A DNA stretch of 64,000 nt. Origin: an uncultured Collinsella sp. GTDB taxonomy: Bacteria; Actinomycetota; Coriobacteriia; Coriobacteriales; Coriobacteriaceae. Location: contig CAUAJB010000001.1 in assembly GCA_958429225.1 (NCBI GenBank), forward strand, positions 8,955-72,954, written 5' to 3'. Shown piece after piece: positions 52,695 through 62,452 of the stretch (position 1 is the stretch's first letter; each line of letters begins with the position of its first letter). A program made the position numbers and the translations under genes. The notes under the pieces were generated by a model that worked only from the letters and a program-made list of their open reading frames with translations, was not told the origin of the DNA and ran no database searches.

Positions 52695-53464
52695 CGGCGT
52701 CCGCATCCGCGCCGGCGCTGCGCATCTTCGCCGGCACCACCGAGGGCCGCCTTCTGTGCGAATGGGCGAGCGGGGCGGGTATCCCCGCCCGTGCCTACGC
52801 GGCAACCGAGTACGGAGGTGAGCTTTTGGGCGAGCTTCCGGGCATCGAGGTGCATGCGGGCAGGCTCGACGAGGCCGACATGGAGCGCGAGCTTTCCGGC
52901 GCGCGCATCGTCGTCGACGCCACGCACCCCTTCGCTACGCTCGCAAGCGGCAACATCCGGGCCGCTTCGCTTGCCGTGGGTGCACGATGCCTACGCCTTG
53001 CGCGCCCGGCTGAGGCGCTGCCCAAAGGCGTCGTGTCGGTCGCGTCGATCGCCTGCGCGGCGCGCTTTCTCTCCGAGAACCCGGGTCGCGCGCTTCTCAC
53101 GACGGGGAGCAAGGAGCTTGCTCCCTACACGCGCGTCGCCGATTTCGCGGAGCGCTTCTTCGTGCGTGTGCTCCCGCTGCCCGGTGCTATAACGAAGTGC
53201 ATCGACGCGGGGTTTTCGCCGTCGCACGTCATCGGCATGCAGGGGCCCTTCACCCGCGAGCTCAACGAGGCGATGCTTCGGCAGGTGGGCGCCCAGTGGC
53301 TTGTGACTAAGGACTCGGGAACCGTAGGCGGCACGGCTGAGAAGCTCGCCGCAGTGCGCGCCGTGGGAGCGCGCTGCATCGTGGTCACCCGTCCCGCCGA
53401 GGGAGGCGGGGCCCTTTCGCTTCGGGAAGTGGAAGACGCGCTCTTACGGGAGTTCGCGCGCTAG
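52691..53464 (+). CDS. cbiJ: Cobalt-precorrin-6A reductase
   Basis: The GTG start overlaps the cbiC stop. Motifs IFAGTTEGR and LVTKDSG are present. Confidence 0.85.
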   Translation: MTASASAPALRIFAGTTEGRLLCEWASGAGIPARAYAATEYGGELLGELPGIEVHAGRLDEADMERELSGARIVVDATHPFATLASGNIRAASLAVGARCLRLARPAEALPKGVVSVASIACAARFLSENPGRALLTTGSKELAPYTRVADFAERFFVRVLPLPGAITKCIDAGFSPSHVIGMQGPFTRELNEAMLRQVGAQWLVTKDSGTVGGTAEKLAAVRAVGARCIVVTRPAEGGGALSLREVEDALLREFAR

Positions 53465-53493
53465 GCGCTCGCCGCGCCTAGGGCCCTTCAATC

Positions 53494-53560
53494 AGTTGCG
53501 GTGAAATAGTGTCTGTTTTTGCTGCTAGATAGCATATTCGGTTCCTAATTCACCGCAACT
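53494..53560. repeat. Palindromic repeat element, family C, copy 2 (degenerate)
   Basis: Arms AGTTGCGGTGAAATAG / CTAATTCACCGCAACT have 1 mismatch. The left arm and following bases match copy 1 (AGTTGCGGTGAAATAG.G.CTGTTT). Confidence 0.7.
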
Positions 53561-53573
53561 TTTTGGTGGTGAC

Positions 53574-54788
53574 TTACTGGTAGCGTAGGCACTCCACCGG
53601 GTTGAGCTTTGCTGCGCGGCGAGCGGGATAGAAGCCAAAGATTACGCCGATGCCGACGGAGACGGCGAAGGCCAGCAGCACCGTGGCGATTGAAAAGCTC
53701 GGTGTGATTTGCCCGCTGGCTCCGAGCTCGCCAAGAATCCCGGATCCGGAGGCAAACATCGCGAGGCCCCAGGCCAGCAGATAGCCTATCAGGACACCCA
53801 ACAGTCCGCCGGTGACGCACAGCGCCGAGGACTCGGCCAAAAACTGCGCGGTGATATCGCGACGACTGGCGCCCAGAGCGCGGCGGATGCCGATCTCGCG
53901 AATGCGCTCAGTCACGTTGGTGAGCATCATATTCATAATGCCGATACCGCCGACAAGCAGTGAGATACTGGCGACAGCACCCATGATGAGCGAGAACGCG
54001 CCCATAAAGGAGTTGAGTGCATCGATGGCGCTTTTCATGGATGTCGCCGATACACTGTCGTACTCATCATCCTCCGCGATGCCCTTCATCGCGCGCACCT
54101 TGGACTCGATGGTCTTACAGAGCTCATCCATATCGGTGCCCTCGGCGGCGAGTGCGGTCACGCTGGGAAACGAGGGATTCTCGTCACCGAACAGCCCGGC
54201 AATGGTCTCTCGCGGCATGTATAGCGTGAGCGACCCCATGGAGTCGCTGCCGCCATCAATCACGCCTACAATCTGCACCTCGCCGTTGGACACCTTGATG
54301 GTTTTCCCCAGTGCGTCCTGTTCGTTGCCGTACAGCTGATCGGCGCCGCCGCGGCTGATGAGCGCCACGCGCGAGCCCGATTGGGACTCGGCCTGGGAAT
54401 AGGTGCGCCCCGCAACGAGCTTGCTGGCACCCACGGCGTCGAGCATGTCGCTATCGACGCCCTGCGCCATGACGGTATAGCTTTTATCGCCGGTCTTGTA
54501 CTCGGTATACGCGCTGTCGACAATGCCGATCTGCTCAATCTGCGGCACCAGTTTTTGAAGCTTCTGAACGTCAGAATCAGTGAGTTCTTGGGACGAATAG
54601 ATCTGAACCATACGAGCTGCGTTGAGGCCCAGGCTGTTGACCAAGCTGTTTTGGATGCCGCCGATGAGCGAAGTCATGGCGATAACCGAGGCGATGCCGA
54701 TGACAATGCCCAGGATGGTGAGCAGGCTGCGCCCCTTGTTGGCCTCGAGCGAGTGAAGGGCTTCCTGGATGAGGTCGCGCGTGCTCAT
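53574..54788 (-). CDS. MacB/FtsX-type ABC transporter permease
   Basis: It has an N-terminal TM helix, a large extracytoplasmic domain, and three C-terminal TM helices with RIREIGIRRALGA. Confidence 0.85.
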   Translation of the reverse strand: MSTRDLIQEALHSLEANKGRSLLTILGIVIGIASVIAMTSLIGGIQNSLVNSLGLNAARMVQIYSSQELTDSDVQKLQKLVPQIEQIGIVDSAYTEYKTGDKSYTVMAQGVDSDMLDAVGASKLVAGRTYSQAESQSGSRVALISRGGADQLYGNEQDALGKTIKVSNGEVQIVGVIDGGSDSMGSLTLYMPRETIAGLFGDENPSFPSVTALAAEGTDMDELCKTIESKVRAMKGIAEDDEYDSVSATSMKSAIDALNSFMGAFSLIMGAVASISLLVGGIGIMNMMLTNVTERIREIGIRRALGASRRDITAQFLAESSALCVTGGLLGVLIGYLLAWGLAMFASGSGILGELGASGQITPSFSIATVLLAFAVSVGIGVIFGFYPARRAAKLNPVECLRYQ

Positions 54789-55558
54789 TCCATCACTCCG
54801 TTCGGCGGGGTGGTCGGATCGGAAATCATGGGCAGGCTATCTACGGCGCTGCGCAGGGTTCGCGGTGCATGTGGAATATACGCGCCGTCGTGGATTCGCC
54901 CGTCGCGGATGGTCACGGCACGGTCGGCTTCGGCGGCGATGCCGGGATCGTGTGTGATGAGCACGATGGTCTTACCGCGCTCCTGAAGTCTATGGAAGGT
55001 CTCCATTACAAGCGCTCCAGTGGCGGAGTCCAGGTTTCCCGTCGGCTCATCGGCCAGGATGATGGGCGGGTCATTGACAAGGGCGCGCGCGATGGCGACA
55101 CGCTGCATCTGGCCGCCCGAGAGCTCGGATATGCGGTGGTCCCAGTGGTCGACGGGCAGCGTGACGGCCTGCAGCGCGTGCACGGCGCGCATTTCGCGCT
55201 GGCTACGGGGCGCATTGGTGTAGGCCAGCGGCAGCATGACGTTTTCGATAACCGACAGGCGCGGCAGCAAGTTGAAGCTTTGAAAGACAAAACCAATGCT
55301 CAGGGCGCGGACTTCGGTGAGCTCGTCATCATCGAGCTCGGCCACGTTGAGCCCTTGCAGGTAGTAGTCGCCCGCCGTCGGCTTATCCAGGCAGCCAAGG
55401 ATGTTCATGAGCGTTGATTTGCCCGAGCCCGAGGGGCCAGTGATGGCGACGAATTCGCCGGGATTTACCGCCAGGCTCACGTTGTGCAGGATGTGGGCGC
55501 ACCCCGCCTCGCTCTCAAAGATGCGGTGCACGTTGCGGATGTCGATAACGGGACGCAT
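54785..55558 (-). CDS. ABC transporter ATP-binding protein (MacB/LolD-type)
   Basis: Walker [10 protein letters not shown], signature [15 protein letters not shown] and Walker [12 protein letters not shown] are present. Confidence 0.9.
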   Translation of the reverse strand: MRPVIDIRNVHRIFESEAGCAHILHNVSLAVNPGEFVAITGPSGSGKSTLMNILGCLDKPTAGDYYLQGLNVAELDDDELTEVRALSIGFVFQSFNLLPRLSVIENVMLPLAYTNAPRSQREMRAVHALQAVTLPVDHWDHRISELSGGQMQRVAIARALVNDPPIILADEPTGNLDSATGALVMETFHRLQERGKTIVLITHDPGIAAEADRAVTIRDGRIHDGAYIPHAPRTLRSAVDSLPMISDPTTPPNGVME

Positions 55559-56994
55559 TACATACCCTCGTCGGCAGACATGCTGCCCGAATCCGCGCTG
55601 TAGCCGCCGTCAGCCGTTGCGTTCGCTCCGGTGTCCATGACGAGGGTGTCGCCATCGCGCAGCTTGGTAACCGGCACGCCAGGGTTGATCTCGTTGCCCT
55701 GGTCGTCGTGCTTGACCTGTGTCTTGCCGACTACGGCTTCGTTGTCGTTTTGCGTCACGATGGTCACCTTCACGCGACGGGTTTGCTTGCCCTCGTCATC
55801 AGTCGCCACGTTGACGTAATAGTGTTCGCCGTCTTCGGTCATGAGCGCCATCGTCGGCACCATCACCACGTCGTCGAGCTGCTCGGTTACCACCGAGACC
55901 TCGGCCGTCATGCCCGGCTTCAGGCGCGCGTCGGGCGCCTCGATGAGGATGTCGACGTTAAAGGTTACGCTGCCGCCGCCACCGTTGGCGGCGTCGGAGT
56001 TTGCCACCGACGCGATAGCCGTGACGGTGCCCTGGCTTACGATATCGGGAAACGCGGGATAGGTAACGTTGGCGCTCTGGCCCACGGCGATCTTGGCGAT
56101 GTCCTTTTCGCCCACCTGCACGGTCACCTTCATCTTGGATAGGTCGGCGATCTGCATGCACTGCTTGCCGCCGCTCGTATCGCTTTCGCCCATGATCATG
56201 CCGCCTGTTACCGTGGCGCCCACCTTGGCGTTGAGCTCCACGATGCTGTCCGAGCTCGGGGCCGTGACCGTACGGCTGGCGGCCTTGGCGTTCGCCTGAT
56301 CGAGGTTTGCCTGGGCCGATGCGAGGCTGCGCTGCGCGGTCGATACGGCGTTCGTGTCCGCTGATGTGGCGGAGACGAACGCCGCTGCGGAAGCTCCATC
56401 GACGTCCGTCGTTGGGGTGGCCTGCGCGGCAGCGGCGGCTTTCTGTGCGTTGGTGAGGTCTTCCTGGGCGGCTGCAACTGCACGCTGCGCCTCGGCAACG
56501 TTGCGGTCGAGCTCGTCGTTTTTAATGGTCATAAGCACGTCGCCCTCGTTGACGGATTGGCCTGCCTGCACGTTGATTGAATCGACCGTACCGTCGACAG
56601 AAGGGGAGACCACTGAGGACGAAATGGGTTTGAGCTGGCCTTTCGCCTCGACCGTTGTGGTAAACGTGCCCTCGGTCACCATGTCGGTCACAGGACCGCT
56701 AGCGCCCTGTGGCTGCGCATTGATAACAAGGGTTGCGACAATGGCAATGAGCGCGATGGCACCCACGACGCCGGCGGCAATACCGCGTCGAATCAGCTTT
56801 TTGCGTCGACGTTCGGCACGTTTTGCCTTGAGCTTGGCATATGCCTCTTCATCGGAAATCTCGGTCGCATCGTTCGTGCGTCCGTTCTGGTTGTCGGCAT
56901 GTACGTTTGTAATCAGAGGAATCGTTTCGGTGGCACCTTCGGGTGTGCGCTCGGTATCATCCGGGCCCGGGGTGATCGTGGGGACATTCGGCAT
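55558..56994 (-). CDS. HlyD/MacA-type membrane-fusion (periplasmic adaptor) protein
   Basis: ATG 56994 follows RBS AAGGAG. It has a TM anchor, a coiled coil (AQRAVAAAQEDLTNAQKAAAAAQ) and beta-barrel domains. Confidence 0.8.
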   Translation of the reverse strand: MPNVPTITPGPDDTERTPEGATETIPLITNVHADNQNGRTNDATEISDEEAYAKLKAKRAERRRKKLIRRGIAAGVVGAIALIAIVATLVINAQPQGASGPVTDMVTEGTFTTTVEAKGQLKPISSSVVSPSVDGTVDSINVQAGQSVNEGDVLMTIKNDELDRNVAEAQRAVAAAQEDLTNAQKAAAAAQATPTTDVDGASAAAFVSATSADTNAVSTAQRSLASAQANLDQANAKAASRTVTAPSSDSIVELNAKVGATVTGGMIMGESDTSGGKQCMQIADLSKMKVTVQVGEKDIAKIAVGQSANVTYPAFPDIVSQGTVTAIASVANSDAANGGGGSVTFNVDILIEAPDARLKPGMTAEVSVVTEQLDDVVMVPTMALMTEDGEHYYVNVATDDEGKQTRRVKVTIVTQNDNEAVVGKTQVKHDDQGNEINPGVPVTKLRDGDTLVMDTGANATADGGYSADSGSMSADEGM

Positions 56995-57030
56995 AGCGTC
57001 TCCTTTATAGAAAGAACCTCGATAATTATA

Positions 57031-57057
57031 TGCGCCCACCGGTTGGGGCGGGCGCAT
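57031..57057 (-). terminator. Probable terminator of the L,D-transpeptidase gene
   Basis: The minus strand reads TGCGCCCGCC-CCAACC-GGTGGGCGCA (10-bp stem with one G-U pair), followed by an AT-rich tail TATAATTAT. Confidence 0.5.
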
Positions 57058-57126
57058 AGGACGGTTTCTTTCGGAACTGTTAGATTGGTCGCAGCGGTTC
57101 CACGTTGTAGGAATGCGCGCGTTGCA

Positions 57127-58860
57127 CTATGAGTGGACAACCACGCACAGGCCGACTTTGATGCAGTCGTGAAGTGCCTTGGCGTCTGCCAGGCGCAGGT
57201 TGATGCAACCGTGGCTGCCGCACCACTTGTACGACTCGGCGTTATCGAAGCTCTTGTCGTTTTGCCAGGTGGCATCGTGGAAACCGATCATGTTGCCCTC
57301 GAACGGCATCCAGTAGCTCACCGGGCTCTCGTATTTGGGCTTACCCGTCTCGGGGTCTTTGGCTCCGATCAGGGTGCTGCCGCCGTCGTTGCTGTTGATC
57401 TGCCACACGCCCTCGGGGGTGGCGTCTTCGCCCGGTTTGCCGGAAATAAAGTTGGCCTCCCACACGATATTGCCGCTCTCGTCATAGTAGCGCGCGTGCT
57501 GCTCGGACAGGTCGACGTCGATATACGCCTTCCAGTCGGGCTCTCCCTTTGCGGTAAAGGTGTCGGCCTTCTGGGAGTACTTGATCTCGATTTCGCCGGT
57601 CTGCTTGTTGTTAATGGCGTCCTCGACCTGCTTGGCGAGCGAGCTGCTATCAATAGACCAACCAAAGTCACCGCCTTCGACGGCGCACTGCTTGCCATCG
57701 GCGCGCGTCCACCAGCGAGTGGAGCCCACGGTATTAAAGCCGTTGGCGAGCTCGGCTGCCCAGCTGCTGATCTGTGACGTATCGAGCGTGGGGTTGGCCG
57801 GATCGGCAAAGCTGATCCACTGCAGCACGGAAGCGCCATCAACCTTGCCGGCATCCTCGCCGTTGAGCTTGAGGGTCACGTTGACGCCCAGGAAGTTGTT
57901 GGCGGCATCGCATGCGGCCTGAATCTGATCATCGGTCAGCGTTCCATTGAGCGGCTCATAGGCATCGTTGCCGAGCTTGGAAAGATCTACGGTCTCGGCC
58001 AGCGAGGCAAGCTCGAGCTCGGCATACTTAATGACATGCTCGCGGTTGAGTTTTTCGTTGGAGCGCGCCTTCTCGACGGTAAACTTGCCGGCCTGCTCGT
58101 CATAGGAGCTATTGGCCTCGAACGTGCCCGAACGGCCCTCGTTAAACTCGTCGATGGCGGCGCCAAGATCCTTCTCAAACTTCTTTTGGTCAAAGGTGTC
58201 GGAGAGCATGGACAGGTCGACATCTTGATCAAGATCGACTTCGTTGGAGGCAGCGGTTGTTTTGGTCTTGCCGCTTAAGGATTCCACAAGGCGGACCGGC
58301 CATACAAAGGCTTCGTTGTGGCTGATGATTTCTTTTGCGGCAGCTTCTCCGTCGACAATGGGCTCATCGGACTCGGGCTGATAAGTCCAGCTAAAGTCAT
58401 CGCCTGTCACGGTGAGCTTATAGTGCTTCCATGCCGAGTTGACCTTGGTGGCGGCAGACGAAGCGTTGGAGAACGAGACGTCGACGCCGGCAATGGTGGT
58501 GTTGGGGTAGGCTAGCTGCGAAAACGCTACGATGCCTACGATATAGACAATGACGATAAGACCCAGGACGACAAAGAACGTCGTCTTTTTGCCCGACTTA
58601 TTGTTGCCGGCGGACTTGCGCGCGGGGCCACGATCGCCTCGAGCGTGTGTGGAGGGCTGCTTGGGCGCATTGCCGTTTGCCTGGCGCTGCTGACGTTGTT
58701 GTCGCTGCTGCCGCTGCTGGTTCGGGCGTTGCGAAGCGTTTGCCGCACCACGCTGCTGACCGTGGCTCGGCGCGATGGGACGCGGTGACTGAACGCCGCC
58801 GGTGTGCCTGCTCGGCTGCTGCGGATCAGGAATCATTTGAGTTCGATCGTTTTGCGACAT
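57127..58860 (-). CDS. L,D-transpeptidase (YkuD) family protein with Gln/Arg-rich disordered N-terminus
   Basis: The catalytic motif GSHGCINL lies near the C-terminus, and there is a TM anchor. ATG 58860 is favoured over 58869 by the spacing to SD GAAGGA. Confidence 0.85.
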   Translation of the reverse strand: MSQNDRTQMIPDPQQPSRHTGGVQSPRPIAPSHGQQRGAANASQRPNQQRQQRQQRQQRQANGNAPKQPSTHARGDRGPARKSAGNNKSGKKTTFFVVLGLIVIVYIVGIVAFSQLAYPNTTIAGVDVSFSNASSAATKVNSAWKHYKLTVTGDDFSWTYQPESDEPIVDGEAAAKEIISHNEAFVWPVRLVESLSGKTKTTAASNEVDLDQDVDLSMLSDTFDQKKFEKDLGAAIDEFNEGRSGTFEANSSYDEQAGKFTVEKARSNEKLNREHVIKYAELELASLAETVDLSKLGNDAYEPLNGTLTDDQIQAACDAANNFLGVNVTLKLNGEDAGKVDGASVLQWISFADPANPTLDTSQISSWAAELANGFNTVGSTRWWTRADGKQCAVEGGDFGWSIDSSSLAKQVEDAINNKQTGEIEIKYSQKADTFTAKGEPDWKAYIDVDLSEQHARYYDESGNIVWEANFISGKPGEDATPEGVWQINSNDGGSTLIGAKDPETGKPKYESPVSYWMPFEGNMIGFHDATWQNDKSFDNAESYKWCGSHGCINLRLADAKALHDCIKVGLCVVVHS

Positions 58861-58965
58861 CGTATGCATATCCTTCGAATTTCGCCTTGCGGCTCATCGT
58901 GTTTTTACTGGGCTTGCATTATAGCGATTGCCCTGCTGTTTGTGGTACGGAAACGGTGGCATTCA

Positions 58966-58994
58966 AAAGAGGTGGGACATTTGTCCCACCTTTG
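58966..58994 (-). terminator. Rho-independent terminator of sdaA
   Basis: GGTGGGACA/TGTCCCACC stem. On the minus strand it is followed by TCTTTTGAAT. Confidence 0.7.
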
Positions 58995-59009
58995 AGTCGT
59001 TCTTTGCCG

Positions 59010-60617
59010 TTATCCGCACACACCGCATTTTGCACAGGCCGAAAGTGCGGCCGGAGCCTGCGCGATGCCGCCCTTTGCCGTCTCACGCAGCGTGGCCGGC
59101 AACGCGTGGCCCACCGAGAGCATGACATGTGCCATCTGGTCAAACGGCACCAGGCTCTTAATGCCGGCGAGGGCAAGTTGTGCCGAGCTAAAGGCCGCAG
59201 CCACGCCGATGGCGTTACGGTTTTGGCAGGGCACCTCCACGAGGCCGCCTACAGGATCGCAGACCAGGCCCAGTAGGTTGCTCAGCGCGATGGAACTGGC
59301 GTCGAGCGCCTGCCCGGGCGTGCCGCCGAGCATCTGCACCAGCGCGGCGGCTGCCATGGCGGCGGCGCTTCCGACTTCGGCTTGGCAGCCGCCCTCGGCG
59401 CCGGCAACGCAGGCGCTTGTGGTGAGGTTGAGGCCGATGGCGGCTGCGCAGTAGAGCGCGTCCATGACCTGTTCGTCGTCGAGCTGCAGGTGGTCGGCGA
59501 GCGCCAGCACGCAGCCGGGCACGACACCGGCGGAGCCTGCCGTGGGGGCGGCGACGATCACACCCATCGTGGCGGAGCGCTCGAGCACGGCCATCGCGCG
59601 GGCCACGGCGTCGGTTTGAACGGTGCCCATCAGGCTCGTGCTCAAATCGTTGCGGCCGGTGGCATCGACGAGTTTGGCCTCGCCGCCGATAAGCCCGCCG
59701 AGCGATCGCTGCGGATTGCCGATGGGGGCCGTGGTCTCCTCCCGCATGACGTCGAGCACGCGGCGCATGGCGGCGACGGCGTGGGTCTCGCCGGTCAGAC
59801 GCGCCTCTCGAACGGCCATGACGGCGCCGATATTCAGGCCGAGCTCGGCACATGCATCGAGCAGCTGCTCGCCGTCGTCGAAGATCTCCTTTGCCGAGAC
59901 GCCGGGGGAGAGCGACGAGGCAGAACCGGGGAGCTCGATAAAGGTCGCGTAATCGACATTGTCGAGCTTGCGTAGCATGGGGATAACGGTGTCGTCGGGC
60001 GCGCCGTCGGTCTCAAAGACGGAATAAGCCTGGCCGCCCACTTCGGTTCGGTAGGTGCGGCAGAAGGCGATGTTCACGTGGGCGTAGGCGAGCAGGTTGG
60101 TGAGCGCGGCGAGCACGCCGGGAACGTCCTGGTGCGCCACGAAGAGCGTGGAATACATGCCCGAGATGTCGACGCCGACGCCATTGATGCGGCTGATGCG
60201 CATCTTGCCGCCGCCCAGGCTCTCACCGCGGACCTGTGCCGTGGCGCCCGTGTCGTCGACCATGTCGATGTCGACGGTATTGGGGTGGATGGAGGCGTCG
60301 TCGCCCTTGATGTCAAAGTGATATTCGAGGCCCTGCTCGCGTGCGAGGTCGAAGGCCTGCTTGATGTTCTCGTCATCGGTGTCGAGGCCCAGGATTCCCG
60401 CGACGAGCGCACGATCGGTGCCGTGGCCGCGGTAGGTGTGGGCGAAGGAGTTCCACAGGCCAAAGGTGACCTTGGTGATGCGGCCTTCTAGCAGGCTGGC
60501 GGCAACCTGGGCGCACCGCAGGGCGCCGGCGGTGTGTGATGAGCTGGGGCCGACCATGACGGGGCCCAAGATTTCGAATGCCGAGGTCGTAGCTAGTGTT
60601 TGCGGCTTGCCTGCCAT
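59010..60617 (-). CDS. sdaA: L-serine ammonia-lyase, iron-sulfur dependent, single-chain (beta+alpha fused)
   Basis: N-terminus is ILGPVMVGPSSSHTAGALR. An ACT-like segment and an alpha domain with conserved Cys residues follow, with a Cys-rich C-terminal tail. RBS GAAGGAG lies at 60624-60630. Confidence 0.9.
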   Translation of the reverse strand: MAGKPQTLATTSAFEILGPVMVGPSSSHTAGALRCAQVAASLLEGRITKVTFGLWNSFAHTYRGHGTDRALVAGILGLDTDDENIKQAFDLAREQGLEYHFDIKGDDASIHPNTVDIDMVDDTGATAQVRGESLGGGKMRISRINGVGVDISGMYSTLFVAHQDVPGVLAALTNLLAYAHVNIAFCRTYRTEVGGQAYSVFETDGAPDDTVIPMLRKLDNVDYATFIELPGSASSLSPGVSAKEIFDDGEQLLDACAELGLNIGAVMAVREARLTGETHAVAAMRRVLDVMREETTAPIGNPQRSLGGLIGGEAKLVDATGRNDLSTSLMGTVQTDAVARAMAVLERSATMGVIVAAPTAGSAGVVPGCVLALADHLQLDDEQVMDALYCAAAIGLNLTTSACVAGAEGGCQAEVGSAAAMAAAALVQMLGGTPGQALDASSIALSNLLGLVCDPVGGLVEVPCQNRNAIGVAAAFSSAQLALAGIKSLVPFDQMAHVMLSVGHALPATLRETAKGGIAQAPAALSACAKCGVCG

Positions 60618-60640
60618 GGGTGCTCCTTCTCTATCCCGTC

Positions 60641-60761
60641 GTTCCGAGGGCTTTGGTATTTGGTCGCCTGCTCTACAGTCCTGGCTCGCACGGAGGCCAC
60701 ATTAAGTGGCCTCCGGCTCGTGCGGAACTCGCGATCGACCAAATACCAAAGCCCTCGGAAC
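60641..60761 (-). repeat. Structured repeat element, family A/B, copy 2 (26-bp perfect inverted arms + 69-nt conserved core, inverted relative to copy 1)
   Basis: Arms 60641-60666 and 60736-60761 are perfectly complementary. The reverse complement of core 60667-60735 matches 22506-22573. Confidence 0.9.
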
Positions 60762-60854
60762 TTAGGATACATGGTAGAGGCGCTCATGCTGCAAAATCCA
60801 TCAGCTGGAGACCTATTCTGTGCTCCATGTCGACTCATCTTCACCACTGGATTA

Positions 60855-60889
60855 ATAAAAAAGAGGTACCGGTTGGGGCCGGTACCTCT
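60855..60889 (-). terminator. Rho-independent terminator of metK
   Basis: AGAGGTACCGG/CCGGTACCTCT forms an 11-bp stem. On the minus strand it is followed by TTTTTTATT. Confidence 0.85.
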
Positions 60890-60930
60890 ATTTGGTGCGT
60901 TTCTATTTGGCTGCAGCTTTTGCCGTTGGC

Positions 60931-62211
<1,281 letters not shown>

Positions 62212-62312
62212 GATTGTCCTTTCAAAAACGTGTCCCGGCGACCGTTACCATTCCGCCGGGCTCTCTATGCAAGGGCACATCATAGCGCGTAAATCAAACA
62301 TTCACACCCTTT

Positions 62313-62452
62313 CCGCACCTACACATTGGGGACAGACTTAAATGACCGGTCGGGTACTCACTGGGGACAGGCTTAAACGAACAGCCTTACCTAAGTGCCG
62401 ACAGGTTGCCCAAAGAATGGTCATTTTAGTCTGTCCCCAATGAGTAGGTCGG
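62313..62452. repeat. Inverted-repeat element, family D (MITE-like)
   Basis: 24-nt arms CATTGGGGACAGACTTAAATGACC (62324-62347) and GGTCATTTTAGTCTGTCCCCAATG (62419-62442) have 1 mismatch and flank a 71-nt interior. Imperfect pairing extends about 11 nt outward on each side. Confidence 0.7.

Noticed and set aside
22288-53560. The idea that the two family-C repeats delimit a 31-kb composite transposon or island.
   Set aside because: Each copy is a self-contained palindrome rather than a directional end. The interval includes host-like GC housekeeping genes (ptsHI, cca, tRNAs). The GC step begins at about 31.1 kb, not at copy 1. No transposase or integrase is present.
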